Positions 20,719-29,767 of a DNA stretch of 64,000 nucleotides are shown here, piece after piece. Source of the stretch: Deltaproteobacteria bacterium. GTDB taxonomy: Bacteria; Myxococcota; Kuafuiibacteriia; Kuafuiibacteriales; Kuafuiibacteriaceae. Position numbers and translations under genes: made by a program. Where the stretch lies: positions 384,001 through 448,000 of the forward strand of contig JAVJQW010000057.1 of NCBI GenBank assembly GCA_040218735.1. Direction: 5' to 3'. The notes under the pieces are model-generated. The model made no database searches and was not told the DNA's origin. It saw only the letters and a list, made by a program, of their open reading frames with translations. The first letter of the stretch is position 1. Each line of letters opens with the position of its first letter.

Positions 20719-21837
20719 ATGGGCCCCACGTTCGTCGCGCTGACGCTCGCCCTCGCGAGCGCGCCCACGACCGAGACGTCCTCCACGGTCCTGCTCTCCA
20801 ACCTGATCGCCGAAGACCTGGTCCCCACCATCGATCTGTTCGACTCCGACACCGTGAAGCTCCGGGTCGGCGGGCTGCTCCAGGTCCACTCCGCGCTGTA
20901 CGTCGGTGAGGACTCGCTCGTCGACGACGGCGACATCGCGACCCGCGCCGGCTTCCGCCTGCGCCGCGGACGCATTGGCTTCGCCGGGCGCTTCATGGAC
21001 CGACTCGGCATCTACCTCGCGATCAACCTCCTCGAAGGCGACGAGGACGTCGGCGTCGTGAGCGACGCGAAGATGACGTACCAGATCGACGAAGCCCTCC
21101 AGGTCACCGCCGGCCTCGGCAAGGTCACCTTCTCCCGCGCCGCGCTCGACTCCTCGTCCGCGCTCTACACGATCGAGCGCCCCTTCGCGGTCCGTGCGCT
21201 CGTCCCGTCGCGACGGCTCGGGCTCTCGGCAGAGGGCCAGCTCTTCGGCGGCGCTCTCAAGTATGGAGCGAGCGTGCTCAACGCGTCGGAGGGGTTCGTC
21301 GAGGGCAACCGCTTCGGCGGCTTCCTCTACGGCGGGCGCGTCGAAGCCGCACCGCTCGGGCCGGCGCGTCGCGACGTCGTCGATCACGATCCCCGCGTCT
21401 CGATCGGCGGCGCGTTCTTCTACGAGGACGGCGCCTCCGCGAACACGATCGGCGGCACCGCGGACCTACTGTTCACGTACTTCGGCGCGGCGCTGCAGGT
21501 CGAAGCGCTGTGCAACCGCCTCACCCCCGACGACGCGCCCGTCACCTCGCCCGGCCTCGCGGACCGCATCGATCGCTGCGGCGTCTACGCCGAGGCGTCC
21601 TGGCTCCTCACCGAGCTGGTCGGCCTCCCGATCACCCCCGCCGCGCGCGTGGAGTGGTTCGACGACGACCGCGCGATCGACGACGCCGGCGATCTGCTCG
21701 TCATCGTCGGCGGCGTCAACGCGATCGTGTTCCCGCCCTACGTTCGGGCACAGCTCTCGTATCAGCACCGGCGCGAACGCTCCGGCGTCACCCGCGACAA
21801 CGACAGCCTCGTGCTCAACCTCCAAGGGAAGTTCTGA
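20719..21837 (+). CDS. Porin, OprO/OprP-like
   Basis: Signal peptide; LRVGGLLQ, GFRLRRGRIGFAG, VTAGLGKVTFS and IERPF; amphipathic strands; terminal LQGKF. Confidence 0.75.
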   Translation: MGPTFVALTLALASAPTTETSSTVLLSNLIAEDLVPTIDLFDSDTVKLRVGGLLQVHSALYVGEDSLVDDGDIATRAGFRLRRGRIGFAGRFMDRLGIYLAINLLEGDEDVGVVSDAKMTYQIDEALQVTAGLGKVTFSRAALDSSSALYTIERPFAVRALVPSRRLGLSAEGQLFGGALKYGASVLNASEGFVEGNRFGGFLYGGRVEAAPLGPARRDVVDHDPRVSIGGAFFYEDGASANTIGGTADLLFTYFGAALQVEALCNRLTPDDAPVTSPGLADRIDRCGVYAEASWLLTELVGLPITPAARVEWFDDDRAIDDAGDLLVIVGGVNAIVFPPYVRAQLSYQHRRERSGVTRDNDSLVLNLQGKF

Positions 21838-24800
21838 TGCGCCGCGCCGCGCTCGTGCTGCTCGCCCTCGCGGCGTGTAAGGCGGAGACACCGCGGTTCG
21901 CGCGCGCCACGAAGATCGAATCCCTCGACCGCGCGATCGGCGGACCAGCCGCCGCCGCGAAGACCGGCGACTACCTCCTCGAGAACGACCGCATCCGCGC
22001 GGTGATCGAACAGGGCATCGACTCCCGCGTCCCGCTGGGCTTCGGCGGGTCGATCGTCGACCTCGACCTACAACGCAGCGAGCGCGAGCTGTCCGCCGGG
22101 CAGGGCCTCGACCAGCTCGAGCAGATCGCCCCCACCGCGAACCTCTACGTCACCGGCGCCGCGTCCGGGCCCGACGTCCGCATCACCACCTCCGCCGACG
22201 GCGCCGAGGTCACCGCCGCCGCGGAGGCCGCCCCGATCCAGAAGGTGCTCGCCGCGTTCAACATCCTCCTCGACCGTTCCTTCGTCGGCGCGCGCGCGGA
22301 CTACGACGAGTTCCGCATCTACACCGAGTACGAGATGCGCCCCGGCGAGTCGGTGCTGCGCATCGTCACCACGGTCGGGTTCGACGTTCCGTTCTGCCGT
22401 GCGACCCCTGCCGACGGGTGCGGCGAATGTGACGACCTCCTCTACGACGACGACTGCGACTGCGCGTCCGACCGCTGCGGCACCGCCGAGGTGCTGCGCG
22501 CCGACGACCTCCCCGACCGCCCCGAGCCGTCCGGCATCTCCGACGTGATGCTCGGCGACCTGCCCCGCCCGCTCGGCACCGGTCGCTGCGCAAGCGACGA
22601 TGACTGCGCCGACGACGAGATCTGCACCGACGTCACCACCTCCCTCGGCGGCGACTTCGCGGTGTGCCGCGCGCCCGACCAACGCAACGCCGGCGTTTTG
22701 CTCGGCGACATGCTCCTGTTCGGGGGCCACCTCTCGCCGTTCCTCCCGCGCGTCGGCTACGACGCGGCGTCCGACGTGCGGCGCCTCTTCGACGTCGGCA
22801 AGGACACCCTCTCCCAACCGCTGCGCACCGACTACGTCCTCGCGATCGGCGACCGCGTCTCGTACGGCTTCGCGCCGCCGTCCGGGCGCATCATGATCCC
22901 GATCTTCGGCGGCCCGTTCTCGATGGGCGCGACCGCCGCCGCGTCGTGCCGTCGTGACGATCGCGGGTGCCTCGCCGGCAAGCTCCTCCGCATGGAGCGC
23001 CTCGTCTCCGTCGGCGCCGGCGACGCGTCCACCGCGATGGCCCCCTTGCTCGCCGCACGCGGCGTGACCACCGGCTTCGTCCGCGGCGTCGTCTCCGAGC
23101 GCCCGTCCGGCGACGCGGTGACGGGCGCAGAGGTCTACGCGCTGCGCGACCCGCTGGACCTCCCCTGCGACGAAGCCTGCCAACGCCGCTGCCCCGCCGC
23201 GCGCCCCATCGCGGACCTCGACGCACTGTTGCACGCGAACCGCTGCCGCACGGTGACCGACGACTTCATCAACGGCGTCGCGGAGGTCGGCGGCATGGCG
23301 CGCACCGACGTCGGGACGGATCCGATCCACGACGGGCGGTTCGACCTCGAAGTCGAAGCGGGCCGGTGGGCGATCGTCGCCGTCAGCCCGGACGACACCC
23401 TCTCCCCCCTCGCTTTCGTCGAGGTCCGCGAGGGCGCGACGACCAACGTCGCGCTCACGACGCCCGAACCGGGGCGCCTGAAGGTCGACGTGATCGGCGA
23501 CGCCGCGCGACCGATCGCCGCGCGCATCACCGTTGGCCAGTGCCTCCCGCAGAACGCTTGCGTCGACGACGGAGACTGCAGCGACGGCCTCCTCTGCCGC
23601 GGCGGCGCGTGCGCGTGCGAGCGCAACGTCGTGCGCCCTCTCGAGCTGGGCGGCGGGCAGCCGGCGGACGGCGTCGTGCACATGGCCCACACCCGCGACG
23701 GACGCACCGAGACCACGCTCCCCGCGGGGCGCTACGAGATCATCGTGTCGCGCGGACCGCACCACGACGTCACCCGCGGCACGGTCGTCGTGGAACCCGG
23801 TCGCCTCACGGCGTTCTCGGCGCGCGTGCACCAACAGGTCGACGACACCGGCTACGTCGCCGCCGACTTCCACGTGCACGCCGACCCGAGCGCGGACAGC
23901 CGCGCCGAGCGCGCGGACCGCGTCACGAGCTTCGTCGCGGAGGACATGGACTTCATGTCGTCGTCCGACCACGACGTCTTCACCGACTACGCGCCGCTGC
24001 TCGTCGAGATGGGTGAAGCGGATCGCCTGCGCAGCCAGGTCGGCGTCGAGGTGAGCACACAGGAGCTCGGCCACTTCATCGGCTTTCCGCTCGACTACCG
24101 CGTGTGGTCCGACGGCGAGCGCGTCCCGGGCAACGGCGCGCCGAACTGGCGGGACAAACTCCCGCAGGAGATCTTCGACGACCTCCGCGAGCGCGCCGCC
24201 CCCGGGCACGAGGTTATCGTGAACGTGCCCCACCCGTTCTCGTACTTCGGCTCGTACCGCCTCGACCCGTTCACGATCGAACCCACCGGCTCGATCATCA
24301 CGCTGTTCAACGAGCTCGTCCTCGAGGAGAACTTCTCCGGCGACTTCGACGCGATGGAGATCCTCAACGCCAAGGCGTTCGACACCCTCCGCCGCCCCAC
24401 CGTCGGTGAGATCCGCTTCTACAGCCGCGGCTTCGACGCGCTCCTGAAGGAGCGCACGCGCGGCGCGATCGACGAAGCCGAGTTCTTCCGGCGCCTCTAC
24501 AACCTCTCCGCCGAGACCACGCGCCGCACGCTCCACCGCACCGCCACGGAGCAGGACGCGTTCATCGCGGGCGTCGGTTTGGAGATCGACTGCCGCTGCG
24601 GCGCGGACGGCGACTGCGCGAGCGGCCTCGTCTGCGACGACGTCACGATGACCTGCGTCGCGCCGACCGAGACCTCGACCGTCGGCACCCCGCCGCCCGA
24701 CGAAGCGCTCTGCAAGAGCACCACGGGCGTCGTCGACTTCTGGTTCAACATGCTCAACCGCGGCGTGCGCCGCACCGGCGTCGGTGGCTCCGACGTCCAC

Positions 24801-25472
24801 GCGGCGATCGGCGGCTTCCACGAGGCCGGCTCGCCCCGCACGATGATCTGGACCGGCGAGAACACCGTCCCCGCGGTGTCGTCCAAACAGATCGTCGAGG
24901 GTGTTCAAGGCGGCAACGTCATCGTCACCAACGGGCCGATGATCCACTTCACCATCGACGGGCAACCGCCCGGCGCGATCGTGCGCGGGCAAGGCCCGGT
25001 CGACCTGCACCTCACCGTCGAACGCGCGACCTGGTACGACGTCGACCGCATCGAGCTCTACAGGAACGGCGCGCTCCTGCGCGCCTTCGACGGCTGCGCG
25101 AGCCGACGCCGCACCGAGGACGATTGTTTCGAAGCCGACGGCGTCGTCGCGCTCGACACGACGTTCACCGACACCCCCGAACGCGACGCTTGGTACGCCA
25201 TCATCGCGCTCGGTCTCGACGGCCGCGCGCTCTCGCCCGTCTACGCATCGGCGGCGCTCCCGCGCTTTGGCACGCTGGAGCTCACCCAGCGGATCTACGA
25301 CATCATCCCCGCGCTGCGCGGGCTGCGGTTCCCGAAGAACCCGTCGCTGTTCCCCGCGTTCCCGTTCGCGATCACCAACCCGATCTGGGTCGACGTGGAC
25401 GGCGGGGGCTTCGACCCGCCGTTACCGCCGCCGAGCTGGTGCCGCCCCTCGACCGACTTCGGCTGCGACTGA
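21837..25472 (+). CDS. Large lipoprotein with a PHP-type (CehA/McbA-like) metallohydrolase domain and Cys-rich inserts
   Basis: MRRAALVLLALAAC lipobox at ATG 21837 (TGATG overlap with the porin). GDYLLENDRIRAVI, then PHP motifs DFHVH, SSDHD, GHFIGFP, VPHP and GGSDVH, and TNPIWVD. Confidence 0.82.
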   Translation: MRRAALVLLALAACKAETPRFARATKIESLDRAIGGPAAAAKTGDYLLENDRIRAVIEQGIDSRVPLGFGGSIVDLDLQRSERELSAGQGLDQLEQIAPTANLYVTGAASGPDVRITTSADGAEVTAAAEAAPIQKVLAAFNILLDRSFVGARADYDEFRIYTEYEMRPGESVLRIVTTVGFDVPFCRATPADGCGECDDLLYDDDCDCASDRCGTAEVLRADDLPDRPEPSGISDVMLGDLPRPLGTGRCASDDDCADDEICTDVTTSLGGDFAVCRAPDQRNAGVLLGDMLLFGGHLSPFLPRVGYDAASDVRRLFDVGKDTLSQPLRTDYVLAIGDRVSYGFAPPSGRIMIPIFGGPFSMGATAAASCRRDDRGCLAGKLLRMERLVSVGAGDASTAMAPLLAARGVTTGFVRGVVSERPSGDAVTGAEVYALRDPLDLPCDEACQRRCPAARPIADLDALLHANRCRTVTDDFINGVAEVGGMARTDVGTDPIHDGRFDLEVEAGRWAIVAVSPDDTLSPLAFVEVREGATTNVALTTPEPGRLKVDVIGDAARPIAARITVGQCLPQNACVDDGDCSDGLLCRGGACACERNVVRPLELGGGQPADGVVHMAHTRDGRTETTLPAGRYEIIVSRGPHHDVTRGTVVVEPGRLTAFSARVHQQVDDTGYVAADFHVHADPSADSRAERADRVTSFVAEDMDFMSSSDHDVFTDYAPLLVEMGEADRLRSQVGVEVSTQELGHFIGFPLDYRVWSDGERVPGNGAPNWRDKLPQEIFDDLRERAAPGHEVIVNVPHPFSYFGSYRLDPFTIEPTGSIITLFNELVLEENFSGDFDAMEILNAKAFDTLRRPTVGEIRFYSRGFDALLKERTRGAIDEAEFFRRLYNLSAETTRRTLHRTATEQDAFIAGVGLEIDCRCGADGDCASGLVCDDVTMTCVAPTETSTVGTPPPDEALCKSTTGVVDFWFNMLNRGVRRTGVGGSDVHAAIGGFHEAGSPRTMIWTGENTVPAVSSKQIVEGVQGGNVIVTNGPMIHFTIDGQPPGAIVRGQGPVDLHLTVERATWYDVDRIELYRNGALLRAFDGCASRRRTEDDCFEADGVVALDTTFTDTPERDAWYAIIALGLDGRALSPVYASAALPRFGTLELTQRIYDIIPALRGLRFPKNPSLFPAFPFAITNPIWVDVDGGGFDPPLPPPSWCRPSTDFGCD

Positions 25473-25544
25473 TCCTCGTTCGATCCTGATTCACCGATTC
25501 GCGCTCGCGCCACGGAGTGCCGACTTGAATGAGGGAGGTCCCCG

Positions 25545-26150
25545 CTGCTCATCGATCTGCCCACACGCTTCGCGACGACCGACCGGGAGAAGCTCGAGCG
25601 ACTCGCCGTCGACCGCGCCGCTCGCCTCCGCATCTGTCGCGATTGCGACGTGACGTGCGCGTGTGATGCGCGATCGCAAACCTGCGCGTGTGGGTGCAGC
25701 GCGGCCTGCCCGGAGGCTCCGCGGAGGCTGTCGTCGGATCCGGAGCGTTACCCGGTCGAGCCGCGCATCGTCGCGCTGGTCTACGCGGTGGCGGCGACGG
25801 ACGGGTTGCAGCCCTGCTGGTCGTGCGAAGGCCACCCCAGTTCGAACGGCTCGCTGCTGCGCGGCCCGCAGGTGTGGTTCTACGCGGCCGACGTGCTCCT
25901 CCCCGCGCTCGTCGCACAACGGGTCGCGGAGCTCGCACCCAAGTTGGCGACGCGGTGGCACGTCGTCCTGAGCCCGTTCTCACCGGAGCCCACGGCGCCG
26001 ACCTACGTCCTCGAAGCGCAGGTCGACGCGACCTCGCGCCTCGAAGACGTACAGCGGGACGCGGCCGTCATCGCGGACGGGTTCTCCGACGCGCTGCGGC
26101 AGCTCGCGAGCCGTCGCCTCGCCTCGGCCCGCGCTCAGCGCCGCTGGTAG
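25545..26150 (+). CDS. Cys-rich hypothetical protein with an SCEGH motif (probable CTG start)
   Basis: The frame is open from 25533, with GGAGGT at 25534-25539 followed by CTG at 25545. Contains CRDC..CAC..CACGC..C, then VEPRIVALV..WSCEGH..PQVWF. Confidence 0.7.
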   Translation: MLIDLPTRFATTDREKLERLAVDRAARLRICRDCDVTCACDARSQTCACGCSAACPEAPRRLSSDPERYPVEPRIVALVYAVAATDGLQPCWSCEGHPSSNGSLLRGPQVWFYAADVLLPALVAQRVAELAPKLATRWHVVLSPFSPEPTAPTYVLEAQVDATSRLEDVQRDAAVIADGFSDALRQLASRRLASARAQRRW

Positions 26151-26249
26151 CGCGTCTGCCCTCGCCGTGTGGTCAGGATCGCACCTCGGGTGTGGCGCTC
26201 CGCACACGTCCCGTGGGCACCTGATGCCTCCCGAAGAGTGTGTGACCTC

Positions 26250-26265
26250 GGGCACGAACCCTGCG
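26250..26265 (+). promoter_or_regulatory. Possible sigma54 -24/-12 promoter
   Basis: GGGCACGAACCCTGCG has GG-N10-GC spacing and ends 13 nt before ATG 26279. Confidence 0.35.
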
Positions 26266-26278
26266 TACAGCGGAGCCT

Positions 26279-27490
26279 ATGACCGTCAGCCCCGTCTCCT
26301 CGGAGGGTCCGTCGCAGCGCATCGACGTTGGCGCCGAGGCGCCGCCGCCCCCCTCCGGCCCCGAGGCGCCCGTCGCCGAGGTGCAAGCGCCCGAGGAGGT
26401 CACCTCACGCCAGCCTCGACCCTTCGCGGAGGTTCAGGCCCACCGCGCGACCGCCGCGGGTGAGCGCGCGCTCGCCGAGGACGCGCTCCGCGGGCGCCTC
26501 GACGCCGCGCTGGAGGAGGACCTGGTTCACGCGGACGTCGACTGGCCCAACGCCCCGCCGCCGCAGGTGCGCGAGCTCCAGACCGAGCTCGACACGCGCG
26601 GCTTCGACCCCGGTCCGATCGACGGCGTGTGGGGCCCGCGAACCTCGGGAGCGCTCGACCGCGCGCGCGCCGCCGATGGCCCAGCCGAAGTCCCCGTCGA
26701 CACACCGCCGCGTCCGGTCGTCGACGGCCTCGCGGGCCTCCCGCCGCGCGCGCCGGACGCACCGACGGGCTCCGAGTTCCTGGAGCTCACGGCGAACATG
26801 GATCCCGAGGCGCGCGAAGAGGCGATCACCAACGAGATCCTCAACGGCAACATCCCCGACTTCCTGCGCAACAACCGCGACGTTTCGATCGTCGGGGAGA
26901 GCGCCGACGGCGAGCCGACGACGATCGATCTGTCGGTCACGCCGGACTACCTCGCCATCGGCACCGACGACGACTACGTCCGCATCCCGATGACACCGGA
27001 CACCGCGCAGGCGATCGCCGACGCGACCGGCACGTCGCTGCCCACCACCCGCATCGTCGATGAGATCTACGCGGCCGCCGACGGGCAGCTCACGCCCGAC
27101 CCCCTCCCGCCGGGGCCCGGCATGACGACCAACGGCTACTACGGTCAGCACCAGGCGGACGTCGAAGGGCAGCGCATCGCGGCCGGCTTCGAAAACGGCG
27201 ACCTGCTCGCCGGGCACAAGAAGGACGTCGTGATCACGAACCGCCTGGAGAGGCAGCCGGACCGCGTCGCGATCTACGGTTGGCACCAGCCGAGCGGCCG
27301 CCCGATCCAATCGCTGAGCCTCGTGCACGGCGACTACTACGCCGACTACAGCCACGGCGTCCGACTCGTCGACGCCGAGGTGCGCGTGAACGGCGAGGTC
27401 CGAAACCTCAGCGACGTCCTCGCCGACCCGAACCTAGCGCACCTGTTGAGCTCCGAGGGACCGCTTCGCGTGATGCGGCACCCCGACTGA
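26279..27490 (+). CDS. Peptidoglycan-binding domain protein with an uncharacterised C-terminal domain
   Basis: PG_binding_1-like VRELQTELDTRGFDPGPIDGVWGPRT. C-terminal motifs PDYLAIG, LPT..VD.IY, AGHKKDVV, AIYGWH and YADYSHGVRLV. No signal peptide. Confidence 0.8.
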   Translation: MTVSPVSSEGPSQRIDVGAEAPPPPSGPEAPVAEVQAPEEVTSRQPRPFAEVQAHRATAAGERALAEDALRGRLDAALEEDLVHADVDWPNAPPPQVRELQTELDTRGFDPGPIDGVWGPRTSGALDRARAADGPAEVPVDTPPRPVVDGLAGLPPRAPDAPTGSEFLELTANMDPEAREEAITNEILNGNIPDFLRNNRDVSIVGESADGEPTTIDLSVTPDYLAIGTDDDYVRIPMTPDTAQAIADATGTSLPTTRIVDEIYAAADGQLTPDPLPPGPGMTTNGYYGQHQADVEGQRIAAGFENGDLLAGHKKDVVITNRLERQPDRVAIYGWHQPSGRPIQSLSLVHGDYYADYSHGVRLVDAEVRVNGEVRNLSDVLADPNLAHLLSSEGPLRVMRHPD

Positions 27491-29239
27491 TCAGCGCGCG
27501 GCGTCCGCGAGGACCCACTTCCACAGCACCGCCGCCGCCGCCGCCGCGACCGCGAGCAGCACCATCGCCGGCACGAACATCCCGAGCAGCAGCTTCCCGA
27601 GCCCGAACATCGCGCAGAAGATCATCGCGAGGCACACGACGTACTGCCCGAGGGTGTCGAGGCCGATCGAGGAGCGTCCCTCCGTCGCCTCCAACGCGAC
27701 CGGCCCCCACAGCCACGCGGGCGGACGGACGCGCTCGTAGAAAGCGACGAGGCGCGCGCGCGGCTCGGGTTTCGTGAACGACGCGGTCAGCAGCGTCACC
27801 GCGCCCGACACGCCGCAGATGATCAGGATGCGCGTCGCGGAGGGGCCGGTGCCCGACGCGCCCAGCTCGGGATCGAGCCGGAGCACCACCGCGGTGAGCA
27901 TCGACGTCGCGAGCGTGACCAGCTCGGTCAGGCCGTTCACGCGCCACCAGAACCAACGCAGGATCGTGACCAGCCCGAGCCCGGCCATCAGCTCCATCTT
28001 GAGCCGGAACGCCGACAGCACGGACGGCATCAACAGCGCGAGCACCCCCGCGATCACCGCGAGGGACACGAGGATGATCCGCGAGACGACGAGGTAGTGG
28101 CGCTCGCTCGCGTCCCGCTTCACGAAGCGGCGGTAGACGTCGTTCGAGAGGTAACCGCCGCAGAGGTTGAGGAGTGAGTCGACCGTCGACATGAACGCCG
28201 CGAAGAACGACGCCACCATCAACGCGCGCAACCCCGCCGGCATCAGGTCCGCGATCATCCGCGGGTACGCCGTCTCGTGGTCGACGAGGTCCGGGTACAA
28301 CAGGATCGACGCGAGCGCCGTGAGGTACCAGGGCCACGAACGGAACACCCACTGCACGAGCATGTTCCACACGCCCGACAGCAGCGCGTTGCCTTCGTTC
28401 TTACACGACAGGAACCGCTGCGCGCGCTGACCGCTGCCGTCGATGTACGGCGTCGACCACCACTGCACGCCGAAGTACACGCCGATCGCGATCGCCGGGA
28501 CCGCCGCGCCGTCGAGGGAGGGGAGGAAGTCGAGCGTCGTGCCGTCGTGATGCTCCGCGAGCCCCTCGACCAAGCCGCGCGGACCACCCACACGATCCAC
28601 CGCGATGTACGCGAGCACGATCGCGCCGAGCATCGCGACGCCGAACTCCACGAGGTCCGTCACCACCACGCCCCACAGGCCGGACGTCACGGAGTAGGAC
28701 AGCGCGATCGTGATCAGCACAATCACCACGGCGACGTCGGAGCGCGCTTCGAAGCCGGCGACGACGAACGTCTCGGGGAGGTCGACGAGGACCGCGATCA
28801 TCTTCGTCATACCGAGGATGACCCACGACAGCGTGATGATCTCCAGAACCACCCCGCGGAAGAACGCCGCGCTCACACGCAGCACCGCGGCGGGGCGCCC
28901 GCTGTACCTCAGCTCGATCATCTCGGGGTCGGTGACGACGCCGGTGCGACGCCACAGCCGCGCAAAGAAGAACGCGACCGCAACGCCGTACAGGATGCCG
29001 CTCCAGTAGAACCACGCGCCGGAGAGCCCGTGCTCGCGGATCATCCGGGTGACGTGCAGGGGGGTGTCACTCGCGAAGCTCGTCGCGAGCATCGAGGTGC
29101 CGGCGAGCCACCACGGCAGGCTTCGGCCTGCGACGAAGAAGTCCGCCATCGAGCCCGTGCCCCGTCGGCTGACCCACAGGCCGAGGCCGAACAAGGCGAG
29201 CAGGCTGATGGCGACGATGATCCAATCGAGAGCGGTCAT
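27491..29239 (-). CDS. Sodium:solute symporter (SSS family)
   Basis: FFVAGRSLPWWLAGTSMLAT, GLWGVVVTD, QRFLS and AAFMSTVDSLLN; about 14 TM segments. Confidence 0.93.
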   Translation of the reverse strand: MTALDWIIVAISLLALFGLGLWVSRRGTGSMADFFVAGRSLPWWLAGTSMLATSFASDTPLHVTRMIREHGLSGAWFYWSGILYGVAVAFFFARLWRRTGVVTDPEMIELRYSGRPAAVLRVSAAFFRGVVLEIITLSWVILGMTKMIAVLVDLPETFVVAGFEARSDVAVVIVLITIALSYSVTSGLWGVVVTDLVEFGVAMLGAIVLAYIAVDRVGGPRGLVEGLAEHHDGTTLDFLPSLDGAAVPAIAIGVYFGVQWWSTPYIDGSGQRAQRFLSCKNEGNALLSGVWNMLVQWVFRSWPWYLTALASILLYPDLVDHETAYPRMIADLMPAGLRALMVASFFAAFMSTVDSLLNLCGGYLSNDVYRRFVKRDASERHYLVVSRIILVSLAVIAGVLALLMPSVLSAFRLKMELMAGLGLVTILRWFWWRVNGLTELVTLATSMLTAVVLRLDPELGASGTGPSATRILIICGVSGAVTLLTASFTKPEPRARLVAFYERVRPPAWLWGPVALEATEGRSSIGLDTLGQYVVCLAMIFCAMFGLGKLLLGMFVPAMVLLAVAAAAAAVLWKWVLADAAR

Positions 29240-29330
29240 ACGCGCTCTCGATCAGGTACTTCGATTGGCGGGGGGTGATGAACGGTCGGGCGTCGAGGGT
29301 CGAGGAAGTTTCAACCCGGGTCAGATTCGG

Positions 29331-29549
29331 TCAGCGGCGCTCGCGCCACATGCAGTCGAAGCTGACGGCCTTGCGCTCCCACTTGTCCTTGCGCTCGAGC
29401 TTCGGGCCCTGGTGCGTGACCTTCGCGGCCTCGACGCTCTCGGCCTTCTTGCCCGTCGCGGCGAGCGCCGTCGTGGCGCCGATGGCCAGGACCGCGGCGA
29501 CCGCGATCGTGGCGATGGAGGTGATCTTGTTTCGCTTGCTGTTCGTCAT
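29331..29549 (-). CDS. Small secreted basic peptide (72 aa)
   Basis: Basic n-region, hydrophobic h-region and A-L-A cleavage site; GC3-rich codons; sigma54-like promoter directly upstream. Confidence 0.7.
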   Translation of the reverse strand: MTNSKRNKITSIATIAVAAVLAIGATTALAATGKKAESVEAAKVTHQGPKLERKDKWERKAVSFDCMWRERR

Positions 29550-29576
29550 TGCTGTTGTTCTCTGGCCCGGTACAAA

Positions 29577-29592
29577 AGCATCGGCCGTGCCA
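29577..29592 (-). promoter_or_regulatory. Sigma54 -24/-12 promoter
   Basis: The minus strand reads TGGCACGGCCGATGCT against consensus TGGCACG-N4-TTGCW, 27 nt upstream of ATG 29549. Confidence 0.7.
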
Positions 29593-29652
29593 ACCGCGGA
29601 CGAGCCAATTCCTCAATGATTCCGTCCGATGCAGTCGACGACATGCAGCGCC

Positions 29653-29695
29653 CGGACTGCGTCTACTGCAGTCCGCAGCCTGCCCAACCGCAGGC
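29653..29695. promoter_or_regulatory. Paired inverted repeats, candidate enhancer-binding-protein sites
   Basis: CGGACTGC-N7-GCAGTCCG (29653-29675) and GCCTGC-N6-GCAGGC (29678-29695), about 60-100 bp upstream of the sigma54 box. Confidence 0.5.
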
Positions 29696-29767
29696 GCTGA
29701 CCGACGGTCCAGCGTACGAGGACGGGCCGACGTGACGCCGGGGTGTGATCCGGACGACGCTCACGGC

